From: Allobaculum fili
GTDB lineage: Bacteria; Bacillota_I; Bacilli_A; Erysipelotrichales; Erysipelotrichaceae
NCBI RefSeq assembly: GCF_020969955.1
Contig: NZ_JAHDSX010000036.1
Location: forward strand, 1-24,647
Direction of reading: 5' to 3'
Length of the DNA stretch: 24,647 bases
Each line of letters starts with the position of its first letter. Positions within the stretch are counted from its first letter, which is position 1. Below, piece after piece: positions 16,469 through 24,647 of this stretch. A program made the translations under genes and the position numbers. The notes beneath the pieces are model-generated. The model was not told the DNA's origin and did no database searches. It saw nothing but the letters and a program-made list of their open reading frames with translations.

Positions 16469-17264
16469 CATTGCGCTCGGCCGCTATCTGCCGATCGATT
16501 CGGTCGTCAGCCGCATGGATCCGCGCTCGAAAATCATGATCCTGCTCATTCTGATGGTGGCGATCTTCATTCCGGCCGGATTCTGGGGCTACATTCCCAT
16601 CGTTCTCTTTATTATTGCGGCTCTGTATCTTTCCAGGCTGAAGCTGTCCTACGCGCTGCGTTCGCTCAAGCCGATGATGTGGATGATGATTTTCCTGCTC
16701 ATTATCAACGTCCTTGTTCTGCATACCGGAACGCTGCTCTTTGAATGGGGCTGGTTCAAGATTTATTCCGACGCCCTGATTCAGACGGCTTACGTCATTA
16801 TCCGACTGATGCTGATGATCATTCTGACGACGATCCTGACCGCCACAACCAAGCCGCTCGACTTGACGCTCGGCATTGAAAAGCTGCTCAAGCCGTTCGA
16901 GAAAATCGGTCTGCCGGCGCACATCATCGCCATGATGATTTCCATCGCGCTGCGCTTTATCCCGACGCTGATCGAAGAAACCCAGCGCATCATGAACGCG
17001 CAGGCGTCCCGCGGCATCGACATGCAGAACGGCACACTCAAGGAAAAGGTGTCCGCCATTCTGTCTCTGATCGTCCCGCTGTTTGTTTCCGCCTTTGACC
17101 GCGCCGATCAGCTCGCCAACGCCATGGAAGCCCGCGGCTACAATCCATCCCGTAAAAGAACGCGCTATAAAGTGCTCAGGATGCACGGCATCGACTACGC
17201 GGCGATGGCCATTTCGGTTCTCGTTCTTGCCATCGACATCATTCTGGCCGTTCTTGGAGTGTAG
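16461..17264 (+). CDS. ecfT: energy-coupling factor transporter transmembrane subunit EcfT
   Basis: A polytopic hydrophobic protein with the EcfT coupling-helix region ALRFIPTLIEETQRIMNAQASRG. It overlaps ecfA2 by 8 nt. Confidence 0.9.
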   Translation: MNNIALGRYLPIDSVVSRMDPRSKIMILLILMVAIFIPAGFWGYIPIVLFIIAALYLSRLKLSYALRSLKPMMWMMIFLLIINVLVLHTGTLLFEWGWFKIYSDALIQTAYVIIRLMLMIILTTILTATTKPLDLTLGIEKLLKPFEKIGLPAHIIAMMISIALRFIPTLIEETQRIMNAQASRGIDMQNGTLKEKVSAILSLIVPLFVSAFDRADQLANAMEARGYNPSRKRTRYKVLRMHGIDYAAMAISVLVLAIDIILAVLGV

Positions 17265-17266
17265 AC

Positions 17267-18055
17267 ATGCGCTATAAAGCCATACTGGCATACGATGGCC
17301 ATCGCTATGGCGGCTTTCAGAAGCAGACCAACGCGACCGGCATTCAGGAAGTCATCGAAAAGGCGCTGGAAAAAATCCTTCATCAGCCGGCGTCCATTAC
17401 CGCAAGCGGCCGCACGGATGCCGGCGTTCATGCCCTCGGACAGGTATTCCATTTTGACGGCCCCGACAACATTTCGCCTTTGGGCTACTACAACGCGCTC
17501 AACACGCTTTTGCCCAGGGACATACGCATTCAGTCTGTCGAAGCGGTGGATGAAGATTTTCATGCCCGCTTTTCGGCGCGCTTCAAGCGATACGACTACG
17601 TGATTACCAAGGAAAGAGACAATCCTTTCCTTTATAATTACAGCCATTTCGTATGGCGCGATCTGGATGTCGAACGCATGCGCCAGGGAGCTGCTGTCTT
17701 TGAAGGGGAACATGACTTCACGTCCTTTTCCAACGCGCAGATCGACGAGAGAAAACCGCGAACGAAAACGATTTACCGTATCTGCATCCAGGAAGAGCCA
17801 AAAGGCCTGCGGCTGATTTTTGTCGGTACCGGCTTTCTGCGCTACCAGGTGCGCATGATGAGCGCCGCTCTCATTGCCCTTGGCGAAGGCCGCATTACGG
17901 TCGATGAGCTGAAAGTCATGCTGGAGGCAAAAGACAAGCACGCGTCGCGCTTCAACGCCCCAGCCAAGGCGCTCTATCTCGTTCAGGTCGGCTACACCCA
18001 GAATGAACTCGATACTCTGCTCGCTTCTCTGTCCTCGGATCCCGATGGGATCTGA
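17267..18055 (+). CDS. truA: tRNA pseudouridine(38-40) synthase TruA
   Basis: MRYKAILAYDGHRYGGFQKQ and the catalytic motif GRTDAGVHA are present. The gene starts 2 nt after the ecfT stop, in the conserved position before rplM. Confidence 0.93.
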   Translation: MRYKAILAYDGHRYGGFQKQTNATGIQEVIEKALEKILHQPASITASGRTDAGVHALGQVFHFDGPDNISPLGYYNALNTLLPRDIRIQSVEAVDEDFHARFSARFKRYDYVITKERDNPFLYNYSHFVWRDLDVERMRQGAAVFEGEHDFTSFSNAQIDERKPRTKTIYRICIQEEPKGLRLIFVGTGFLRYQVRMMSAALIALGEGRITVDELKVMLEAKDKHASRFNAPAKALYLVQVGYTQNELDTLLASLSSDPDGI

Positions 18056-18065
18056 GGGCTTTTTT
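18033..18065 (+). terminator. intrinsic terminator of the ecf-truA operon, overlapping the truA stop codon
   Basis: CCTCGGATC-ccgatgg-GATCTGAGG forms a 9-bp stem with one G:U pair, followed by gcTTTTTT. The TGA at 18053..18055 lies inside the 3' arm. Confidence 0.75.
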
Positions 18066-18181
18066 CGTGAAAACGGTGACCAATGAAAGTCTTCCTTTTC
18101 CCTTTAGGCATGGGAGGATTTGCGCAATTTAAAATCGTGGAAAAAACGTCTGGATTTCTTCTCTGTGCCAGGGGATTGGGA

Positions 18182-18210
18182 TTGACTTTGAAAGGTGGAA
18201 TGCTTAAGAT
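18182..18210 (+). promoter_or_regulatory. candidate promoter of rplM-rpsI
   Basis: TTGACT (18182..18187), a 17-nt spacer, then TAAGAT (18205..18210). This predicts a leader of ~55 nt with small hairpins before the GGAGG RBS. An L13-type autoregulatory leader is possible, but I could not verify one by eye. Confidence 0.55.
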
Positions 18211-18272
18211 AATCCGTGGCTGTATCCAAGCCTTTGAGCCCCGGTAACGCTCATTGAAACGGAGGAAGCAAC

Positions 18273-18710
18273 ATGCGTCAAACAACAATGGCAAAACCTG
18301 CTGAAGTAGAACGCACATGGTATGTAATTGACGGCGAAGGCCAGACTCTCGGTCGCCTTGCCACCACTGCAGCCCACGTTCTGCGCGGTAAACATAAACC
18401 CACTTACACACCAAACGTGGACTGTGGAGATTATGTAATCATCATCAACGCTGACAAGGTCAACATGACCGGCAACAAGCTTGAAACTGAAAAGTACTAC
18501 AATCATTCCGGATACTATGGCGGACTGCGTGTACGCACTGCCAAGGAAATGAAGGAAAAATACCCTGTTGAATGGGTTCGCAGAGCTGTACAGGGCATGC
18601 TCCCCCACAACCGTCTGGGAGATGTTCAGCGCAAGCACGTTCTGGTTTACGCCGGAAACGAACATCCGCATGCAGCACAGAAACCTGTGGAACTGAAAGT
18701 GAAAGGATAG
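18273..18710 (+). CDS. rplM: 50S ribosomal protein L13
   Basis: MRQTTMAKPAEVERTWYVIDGEGQTLGRLAT..LRGKHKPTYTPNVDCGDYVIIINA matches bacterial L13 throughout. Confidence 0.97.
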   Translation: MRQTTMAKPAEVERTWYVIDGEGQTLGRLATTAAHVLRGKHKPTYTPNVDCGDYVIIINADKVNMTGNKLETEKYYNHSGYYGGLRVRTAKEMKEKYPVEWVRRAVQGMLPHNRLGDVQRKHVLVYAGNEHPHAAQKPVELKVKG

Positions 18711-18721
18711 GAGATTAGGAA

Positions 18722-19129
18722 ATGGCAAATAAAGAAAATTTCGTTCAGTATCTCGGTACCGGACGCCGTAAAGAAGCCGTTGCCCGTGTCTTCCTTCGTC
18801 CAAATGGAACAGGGAATATCGTAGTCAACGGCAAAGAGCTTAAAGAGTACATGCCTTCTGAATTACTTCAGATGGAAGTTCGTTCCCCTCTTGAACTGAC
18901 CAACACACTCGACCAGTTCGATGTAATGGTAACCGTTCAGGGCGGCGGCTTCACCGGCCAGGCTGGTGCAATCCGTCACGGAATTACTCGTGCCCTCATG
19001 GAAGCTTCGGAAGACTATCGTCCTGCTCTGAAAGCAGCTGGTTATGTAACTCGTGACCCGCGTGCTAAAGAACGTAAGAAATACGGTCTGAAAAAAGCTC
19101 GTCGTGCACCGCAGTTCAGCAAGCGTTAA
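18722..19129 (+). CDS. rpsI: 30S ribosomal protein S9
   Basis: [14 protein letters not shown]...[19 protein letters not shown]...[20 protein letters not shown] is the canonical S9 sequence, including its C-terminus. Confidence 0.97.
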   Translation: MANKENFVQYLGTGRRKEAVARVFLRPNGTGNIVVNGKELKEYMPSELLQMEVRSPLELTNTLDQFDVMVTVQGGGFTGQAGAIRHGITRALMEASEDYRPALKAAGYVTRDPRAKERKKYGLKKARRAPQFSKR

Positions 19130-19144
19130 TTTTACCAATGTTGC

Positions 19145-19172
19145 AAATCCTGCAGAAATGCAGGATTTTTTT
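19145..19172 (+). terminator. intrinsic terminator of rplM-rpsI
   Basis: AAATCCTGCA-gaaa-TGCAGGATTT forms a 10-bp stem with a GAAA tetraloop, running into a T-run. Confidence 0.85.
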
Positions 19173-19210
19173 ATGCCCGAATCGCACAGATCCGCGGCGT
19201 ACGGGCATAG

Positions 19211-19243
19211 AAAAAAGCCGTGTCGTCCGGGCACGGCTTTTTT
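19211..19243. terminator. bidirectional terminator serving the minus-strand response-regulator gene
   Basis: aaaaaAGCCGTG-tcgtccggg-CACGGCTttttt has an A-run before and a T-run after the stem. It lies 34 nt beyond the regulator's stop codon. Confidence 0.7.
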
Positions 19244-19276
19244 ACAAAAGGGAAAAAATGTGTCGGCAGACAGCAG

Positions 19277-19945
19277 CTAGACCATGTAGCCGATGCCTTT
19301 GCGGGTAATAATGAAGTCTTCGATGGAAATGGCGGCCAGCTTGCGGCGCAGACGGTTTACGTTGACGGAGAGCGTGTTCTCATCAATGTAGCAGTCGGTT
19401 TTCCACAGGGCTTCCATAAGCGTTTCGCGGGCAACGATCTTTTCCTTGTTTTCCATCAGGATCCGCAGGATGCGGGCTTCGTTTTTGGAAAGTTCGATGG
19501 ATTTGCCCATATAGCTGACTTCATTGCTGCCTAAGTCAAGATGAACGCCATGATGTTCGAGATAGTCGGTATGCTGGGTATAGTCGAACGTCCGGCGAAG
19601 CAGCGCCTGGATTTTGGAAACGAGAACCGCGGTATCAAACGGTTTCGTGATGTAATCGTCGGCTCCCTGGTTGATTGCCGTAATGACATTCATGCTTTCA
19701 TCCGCGCTCGAAAGAAAGATGATGGGAACTGAAGAAAATTTTCGAATTTCACTGGTCCAGTAGAAACCGTTGCGTCCAGGCAGGTTAAGATCCATAAGAA
19801 TCAGCGCCGGCTTGAGCCGGTCGAATTCTTCGCGGATGTGGTCAAAATCTTTCGCGCAGACCATTTCAAAACCCCAGCTCTGCAAAACAGAGGAGAGGCT
19901 CGAGGCCAGGGAGGAGTCATCCTCAACGATCATGATTCGGTACAT
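19277..19945 (-). CDS. OmpR-family response regulator of the BceR/GraR-like subgroup, with no cognate kinase nearby
   Basis: The receiver domain has MIVEDD, LILMDLNLPG (phospho-Asp) and ITKPF. The winged-helix output has LSKNEARIL...IVARETLMEALW...DENTLSVNVNRLRRKL...TRKGIGY. The pattern IIFLSSADESMNVITAINQGADDYITKPF and NVNRLRRKL closely resembles B. subtilis BceR as I remember it. Confidence 0.88.
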   Translation of the reverse strand: MYRIMIVEDDSSLASSLSSVLQSWGFEMVCAKDFDHIREEFDRLKPALILMDLNLPGRNGFYWTSEIRKFSSVPIIFLSSADESMNVITAINQGADDYITKPFDTAVLVSKIQALLRRTFDYTQHTDYLEHHGVHLDLGSNEVSYMGKSIELSKNEARILRILMENKEKIVARETLMEALWKTDCYIDENTLSVNVNRLRRKLAAISIEDFIITRKGIGYMV

Positions 19946-20154
19946 GCTTTCATTTTAGCGAGCGGCAGGACCAATAACCTGAACAAAAACTGAAATTTCC
20001 CTTTCGTTTCTGAAATATAAAATGAACAATCGGCGGTATTTGAGCGCATCTGAGGTCAATTTGGGGTGTAACCGTCTTCAAAAACCGTAAGAAAGCAAAA
20101 ACGGCTTTTCCGTTTCCCTGAGCAAACCTTCCATCGCACAGGCTGGCGTGCCGC

Positions 20155-20194
20155 AAAAAAAGAGTCTGCCTCGTCTCTATAAGCAGAGGCAGGC
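20155..20194 (-). terminator. intrinsic-terminator-like hairpin on the minus strand, upstream of the response-regulator gene
   Basis: The minus strand reads GCCTGCCTC-13 nt loop-GAGGCAGAC followed by tcTTTTTTT. This is a 9-bp stem with one G:U pair (164..172 / 186..194) and a T7 run (20155..20161). No annotated minus-strand gene lies upstream of it. Confidence 0.5.
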
Positions 20195-20290
20195 ATCCGG
20201 GCATAGAGACAAGTGAATCGGATTGGAAATGCCAGAATCAAGATAGAAAATCCGAACGCAGAAGATAACCGGCACAGATGGAAATACCGG

Positions 20291-20341
20291 ACACAGAAAG
20301 CCAGTACAGAAAAACCAGAACAGAAAGTACAGAAAGTACAC
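20291..20341 (+). repeat. purine-rich degenerate short repeats (ACAGAAA/GTACA) in the leader of the nim-like gene
   Basis: acacagaaag ccagtacagaaaaa ccagaacagaaagtacagaaagtaca contains a perfect 2 x 9-bp acagaaagt at 20320..20337. GTACA occurs at 20304, 20327 and 20336. The purine-rich tract extends back to ~20213. Confidence 0.6.
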
Positions 20342-20357
20342 AAAAGGAGAGACAGCC

Positions 20358-20867
20358 ATGAAGATGGACATGCGGCGCAAGGATCGACAGGTACAGGATC
20401 CTAAGAAAATCGAAGAACTTCTAAACCGGGCGGACGTTTTGCATCTTGCCCTGGCCGATGAGGAAATTCCGTATATCGTCGCTCTTTCGTATGGCTATGC
20501 GCTGGAAAACGGGAAACTGACCTTCTATTTTCACAGCGCCAAAAGCGGACACAAAATCGACTTGATCCACACAAATCCAAATGCCGCCATTCAGATCGAC
20601 TGTCCCGGGCGGTTTCTGCCTGCGCAAAACGGTAAAGCGTGCACGGCAAGCGTCGCGTTTGACTCGCTTTTTGGACAGGGAAGGATCCGGGAGATCACCG
20701 ATCCAAAGCAGAAGGAAAACGCACTGTGTGCTCTCATTGCACACTGTCTTCATGAGAGAAACGAAGATAAAAGCGCCTTTTCCTGGGATTTTGATACGAC
20801 CGTACTCGATCACACCGCCGTCTTTGCGGTAGACGTCCAGCAATATACGGTCAAACATCATGGCTGA
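20358..20867 (+). CDS. pyridoxamine 5'-phosphate oxidase-family flavoprotein, NimA-like (Pyridox_ox_2 type)
   Basis: It has the MRRKDRQ start motif, then PYIVALSYGY....GKLTFYFHSAKSGHKIDLI..NPN, typical of Nim/PNPOx split-barrel proteins. GGAG lies 8 nt upstream of the ATG. Confidence 0.75.
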   Translation: MKMDMRRKDRQVQDPKKIEELLNRADVLHLALADEEIPYIVALSYGYALENGKLTFYFHSAKSGHKIDLIHTNPNAAIQIDCPGRFLPAQNGKACTASVAFDSLFGQGRIREITDPKQKENALCALIAHCLHERNEDKSAFSWDFDTTVLDHTAVFAVDVQQYTVKHHG

Positions 20868-21134
20868 ATTAAATATAGTCTGTATTGATCTTAAGGAAAT
20901 CAAAATCATTCCCTGTTTGTAAAAATCGGCAAGCCAAATTCTCAATTATGACAGTGCAAATGGGATTGAGTATACTGAAGCTGGTCCTCTTTTCTGCCAT
21001 AATTCGTGAAATTCTGCACGACATTGTGAAGACATGGACTTTTTTATCTTTTGCGTTATTCTAGTATACGGTCTTACGAAAAAAGGCCTGAATAAGGTAG
21101 AAATCAAACCAGAACACACCATAAGGAAGACATT

Positions 21135-23129
21135 ATGACTAATATTGATCAGCAATCCGTGAATGCAATTCGTATACTGGCCGCCGATGCCATTCAGAAG
21201 GCAAATTCCGGCCATCCTGGTGCTCCGCTTGGAACTGCACCAATGATGTATGAGCTTTTCGCTAAACACCTTTCCCACAACCCCCGAAACCCCAAATGGG
21301 AAAATCGCGACCGTTTTGTTCTTTCCGGCGGACACGGCTCAGCCGGCCTGTACGCCCTGTTTCATCTCTTCGGCTATGGAATCTCCGCAGAAGATCTCTG
21401 CAATTTCCGTCAGCTTAACTCGCTGACACCGGGTCATCCGGAATACGGCCACACCGTTGGCGTTGAATGCACCACCGGCCCTCTGGGCAGCGGTCTTGCC
21501 GCTTCGGTTGGCATGGCCATTGCCGAAGAATTCCTGGCTGAAAAATTCAACCGCCCGGGTTTTGATATCATCGATCATTACACATTCGTCGAACTCGGCG
21601 ACGGCGACATGATGGAAGGCATCTCGCAGGAAGCCCTCTCTCTTGCCGGCACGCTGAAGCTCGACAAGCTGATTCTCCTTTACGACTCCAATAAAATTTC
21701 CATCGAAGGCGATACCGATCCGGTATTTGCTGAAGATGTAGACGCCCGCATGAAGAGCCTTGGCTTCTCCACCTGGACGGTAGAAGACGGCAACGATCTC
21801 GAAGCGATCGCTAAAGCCATTGAGGAAGCCAAATCCGATCGGGAACATCCTTCCTTTATTACGGTGAAAACCAAAATTGGCTACGGCTCTCCGAAAGAAG
21901 GTCTGGCTTCCAGCCACGGCGAACCGCTTGGCGCCGACAATGTAGCCGCTACAAAAGAAAAACTTGGCTGGCCAAGTCAGGAACCGTTCTATGTTCCGAC
22001 GGAAGTGTATGAAAACTTCACCGAACTGGCTAAACGCGGACAGAGCGAAGAAGACGCGTGGAACGCCCTCTATGCCGCCTATAAGAAAGAGTATCCGGAA
22101 GTCGAAGCGGAATACCGCAAGATGCTGGATCAGCAGCCGGATGAAGCTGCGCTGGAAGCAGCCGATCTCTTTGAAGTACCGGAAAAAGCCGAAGCTACCC
22201 GCGTTTCTTCCGGACGTATCATCAACAAGCTTAAAGACGTTATGCCTAACCTCATTGGCGGATCCGCTGACCTTGGTCCGTCCAATAAGACCTACATGAA
22301 CGGCGAAGGCGACTTCGCGCCGGAAAACCGTGGCGGTCGCAACATCCACTTTGGTGTGCGTGAACTCGCTATGGCCGGCATTGCCAACGGTCTGGCTCTG
22401 AGCGGTCTGCGCCCGTATGTCGGCACATTCTTCGTCTTCTCGGACTACGCCAAGCCAATGGCCCGTCTGGCTGCACTGATGAACCTGCCGGTAACGTACG
22501 TTTACTCGCATGACTCCATCGGTGTCGGCGAAGACGGTCCGACCCATCAGCCAATCGAACATATGGCTTCTTACCGTTCCATTCCAAACATGGTCGTATT
22601 CCGCCCGGCGGATGCGAAGGAAACAGCTGCAGGCTGGACGCTGGCCGCAAAACGTACCACCGGTCCTACCGCACTCATTCTGACCCGTCAGAACGTGCCG
22701 CAGCTGGAAGAAACGTCGAAGGAAGCCGTCAAAGGCGCCTACATCCTTCGTGACAGCAAAGCCGAACTGCCGCAGGGCATTCTGATCGCTTCCGGTTCGG
22801 AAGTGGCTCCGACCCTGAAAGCAGCACAGCTGCTGGAAAAAGAAGGCATCGACGTTCGCGTTGTCAGCATGCCTTCTATGGAACTGTTCGAAATGCAGCC
22901 GGAAGACTACCGCGAATCCATTCTGCCGCGCAAAGTCAAAGCCCGTACTGCTGTTGAAGCGTCCAAGGACTTCGGCTGGGGCCGCTACGTTGGTCTCGAC
23001 GGCGAAGTGGTCGGCATGAAGAGCTTTGGCGTTTCCGCACCAGGAAGCCAGCTGTTTGACTACTTCGGCTTCACTCCGGAAAACATTGCCGAAACGATGA
23101 AACGCGTACTCGCCCGCACTGCGGAATAA
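21135..23129 (+). CDS. tkt: transketolase
   Basis: The motifs NSGHPGAPLG, GHGS, the TPP motif GDGDMMEGIS and HDSIGVGEDGPTHQPIEH are present at full length (664 aa). AAGGAAG lies 6 nt upstream of the ATG. Confidence 0.96.
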   Translation: MTNIDQQSVNAIRILAADAIQKANSGHPGAPLGTAPMMYELFAKHLSHNPRNPKWENRDRFVLSGGHGSAGLYALFHLFGYGISAEDLCNFRQLNSLTPGHPEYGHTVGVECTTGPLGSGLAASVGMAIAEEFLAEKFNRPGFDIIDHYTFVELGDGDMMEGISQEALSLAGTLKLDKLILLYDSNKISIEGDTDPVFAEDVDARMKSLGFSTWTVEDGNDLEAIAKAIEEAKSDREHPSFITVKTKIGYGSPKEGLASSHGEPLGADNVAATKEKLGWPSQEPFYVPTEVYENFTELAKRGQSEEDAWNALYAAYKKEYPEVEAEYRKMLDQQPDEAALEAADLFEVPEKAEATRVSSGRIINKLKDVMPNLIGGSADLGPSNKTYMNGEGDFAPENRGGRNIHFGVRELAMAGIANGLALSGLRPYVGTFFVFSDYAKPMARLAALMNLPVTYVYSHDSIGVGEDGPTHQPIEHMASYRSIPNMVVFRPADAKETAAGWTLAAKRTTGPTALILTRQNVPQLEETSKEAVKGAYILRDSKAELPQGILIASGSEVAPTLKAAQLLEKEGIDVRVVSMPSMELFEMQPEDYRESILPRKVKARTAVEASKDFGWGRYVGLDGEVVGMKSFGVSAPGSQLFDYFGFTPENIAETMKRVLARTAE

Positions 23130-23203
23130 GTTTCCCATCCGGAACACTCGAACGGAAGACAGATCGATTTCAGAATTGAAATCCAGATTCTCATACAATG
23201 AAC

Positions 23204-23246
23204 AAAGAGGCTGTACGAAAAAAATGAATTCGTACAGCCTCTTTTT
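23204..23246 (+). terminator. intrinsic terminator of tkt
   Basis: GAGGCTGTACGAA-9 nt loop-TTCGTACAGCCTC forms a 13-bp perfect stem followed by TTTTT. Confidence 0.88.
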
Positions 23247-23435
23247 CATTTGGTGTGATCTGGCGTTCTCTGCTTATAGCCGAATGTTCGCCAGAGAGCA
23301 TCGTGCGGATTTCCATTTCTTACTTCTTCTTACTTCTCTTACTTCCTTTTGGAAAAGAAGAAAAATTGGATCGGAACAGAAAATCGGTTTCGTTATTTCG
23401 CTGCGCCGGACAGCAGCTCCTGTTTTTTGTAGTTT

Positions 23436-23479
23436 AAAACTGGTCCAAAAAAGCGAAAATCGGATTTGAAAACTGGGCC
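23436..23479 (+). repeat. direct repeat AAAACTGG(T/G)CC x2, a candidate IstA binding site in the IS left end
   Basis: aaaactggtcc at 23436..23446 and aaaactgggcc at 23469..23479, 33 bp apart and 40-80 bp upstream of the istA start. Confidence 0.4.
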
Positions 23480-23518
23480 ACCTGACTTGTATCGTACTCC
23501 GTAATGGAGGACTAGAAA

Positions 23519-24647
23519 GTGCATACTCAGATGACAGTTTTCAAATACATCGATTTACGAACACAAGGAATCTCATCCAGAAAAGCCGCTGCGCTGTGCT
23601 CGATCTCGAGAACCACTGGTGAGAAGTAGTACAGGAAGTACAAGGAAAAGAGAGAGTCTCTGGAAGCTGATCCAACCCACGAAAACAGCCGGACGTTTAT
23701 TGAGGAGTGTATCGATCCGCCTTCATACGACAGTTCATCCAGACAACCTCGGAAATACAGTCCAGAGGTCGACGCGCTTCTGGATCAAATTCTTGAAGAC
23801 GAAGAAGAAAAGACACGCCTGCTCGGGTCTGGCCATAAGCAGCAGCTGACCTGCTTACAGATCTGGGATCTGATCAGGGCTGCTGGATTCGACATTGGAT
23901 TGTCGACCATCACAAAAAGGGTCAAAGAGAAAAGGAACAGGCACAGAGAATGCTTCATCAGTCAGGACTACGAACCAGGTGACCGGTTTGAATACGATTT
24001 TGGCGAAGTGAAGCTGATGATTAATGGTCAGAGAAAGACGTTCTATCTGGCCGTTATGACTTCGCCATGGTCAGGCTATCGAGCTGCCTGCCTGTACGAA
24101 AACCAGAAAAGTCAGGTCTTCTTTTGAATCGATGATCCGCTTCTTCAATGAAGTCGGCGGAATCTTCAGAGAGGGCGTTTACGACAATATGAGAAACGTC
24201 GTCTCGAAATTCATAGGAAGAAACGAGAAAGAAATTAATCCGGAACTTATCCGCTTCGCCCATTACTACGGGTTCAGGGTAAACGTTACGAACGCATTTT
24301 CTGGAAATGAGAAAGGATCCGTCGAACGTTCCGTTGAAGTAGTTCGAAATAAGAGCTTCGCCTTGAAATACAAATTCGACAGTCTCGAAGAAGCTAGAAT
24401 GTGGCTCAAGGATCGTCTGGATGAACTGAATAAAGATACGAAGCGGAAAGAAGAACAGCCGTTTCTGAAGCCGCTCCTTCCTGACTATGAAGCGGCTCAG
24501 ATCGCTGAGCGGATAGTAAATAAATACTCTTTAATCAGCGTTGACAATAATCAGTATTCCGTTCCCGATAATCTGATTGGTAAAAAAGTAAGAGTTAAAA
24601 CCTACACAGAAACAATCAAAGTTTATTACGAACATGAACAGGTAGCT
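23519..24647 (+). pseudogene. istA: IS21-family transposase IstA, disrupted by an in-frame TAG and a +1 frameshift; 3' end outside the window
   Basis: GTG 23519 lies 8 nt after GGAGG. The N-terminal HTH is FKYIDLRTQGISSRKAAALCSISRTTGEK, followed by TAG at 23627..23629 in the same frame. That frame continues through EYDFGEVKLMINGQRKTFYLAVM (first DDE Asp) to TGA 24125..24127. The protein then continues in the +1 frame from 24126, open to the window end: ESMIRFFNEVGGIFREGVYDNMRN...HYYGFRVNVTNAFSGNEKGSVERSVE (second Asp and Glu). Confidence 0.85.

Larger units (their letters stand above)
23421..24647 (+). mobile_element. IS21-family insertion sequence, left part; it continues past the window edge and the left boundary is uncertain (23350..23440)
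   Basis: It contains an IstA-type transposase gene. Repeated short motifs upstream of it (AAAACTGG[T/G]CC at 23436 and 23469; GAAAATCGG at 23379 and 23455) resemble the multi-repeat ends of IS21-family elements. 23421 begins with TGT. Confidence 0.6.

Noticed and set aside
20177-20380. A 67-aa extremely hydrophobic minus-strand ORF (MRRMSIFMAVSPFVYFLYFLFWFF...) that ends inside the loop of the 20155..20194 terminator. The 95-aa ORF at 20056..20343 is similar.
   Set aside because: The hydrophobicity follows trivially from translating a pyrimidine-rich strand. The start codon lies inside the nim-like gene on the other strand, no RBS is visible, and two overlapping frames are equally open. I treat it as non-coding. 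The terminator itself is kept as a finding.
20213-20404. A 63-aa highly charged plus-strand ORF (MNRIGNARIKIENPNAEDNRHRWKYRTQK...) overlapping the nim-like start.
   Set aside because: It is the translation of a purine-rich repeat tract. It has a non-ATG start without an RBS and runs out of frame into a gene with a clear family signature.
21339-23249. A 636-aa minus-strand ORF covering the whole transketolase gene, and similar antisense ORFs over ecfT (16365..17291), truA (17195..17941), rplM/rpsI (18204..18803) and ecfA1 (14520..15125).
   Set aside because: In every case the opposite strand encodes a highly conserved housekeeping protein. The antisense translations have no family resemblance.
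23319-23346. cttacttc repeated three times (periods 10 and 9 bp) followed by a near-palindrome cttccttttggaaaagaag, between the tkt terminator and the IS element.
   Set aside because: This is a short, imperfect low-complexity pyrimidine tract. The hairpin would have a 2-nt loop. No functional reading is supportable.

Overview
Firmicutes-type chromosomal window; the gene order ecfA1-ecfA2-ecfT-truA-rplM-rpsI is the classic Bacilli/Erysipelotrichia/Clostridia arrangement. The left 13.3 kb (minus strand) is a glycan-degradation locus with two tandem paralogous genes for giant secreted GH2 beta-galactosidases. The upstream copy (5466..13133, 2555 aa) is intact. It has a signal peptide, a LacZ-like five-domain core with a ~260-aa LamG/ConA-like module inserted in a catalytic-barrel loop, and a C-terminal tail of LamG, Ig-like and FIVAR-like modules. 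The downstream copy (124..4615) shares a ~4.7-kb direct repeat with it, including the leader and promoter region. It stops about 20 residues into the first C-terminal LamG module, and a perfect 25-bp tandem duplication breaks its frame just after the signal peptide. Next come a divergently transcribed small HD-domain (RelA/SpoT-hydrolase-like) gene, the ECF transporter energizing module, truA, and rplM-rpsI with their own promoter. After these are an orphan BceR-type response regulator (minus strand), a NimA/PNPOx-like flavoprotein gene and transketolase. The right edge holds a decayed IS21-family istA (in-frame TAG plus a +1 frameshift) that runs off the window. I recognised no rRNA, tRNA or CRISPR array. 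I do not see a convincing new multi-gene system such as a defence island. The most unusual material is the duplicated and disrupted GH2 locus, its conserved upstream repeat array, and the partnerless response regulator. Domain calls come from motif recognition by eye, not database searches.
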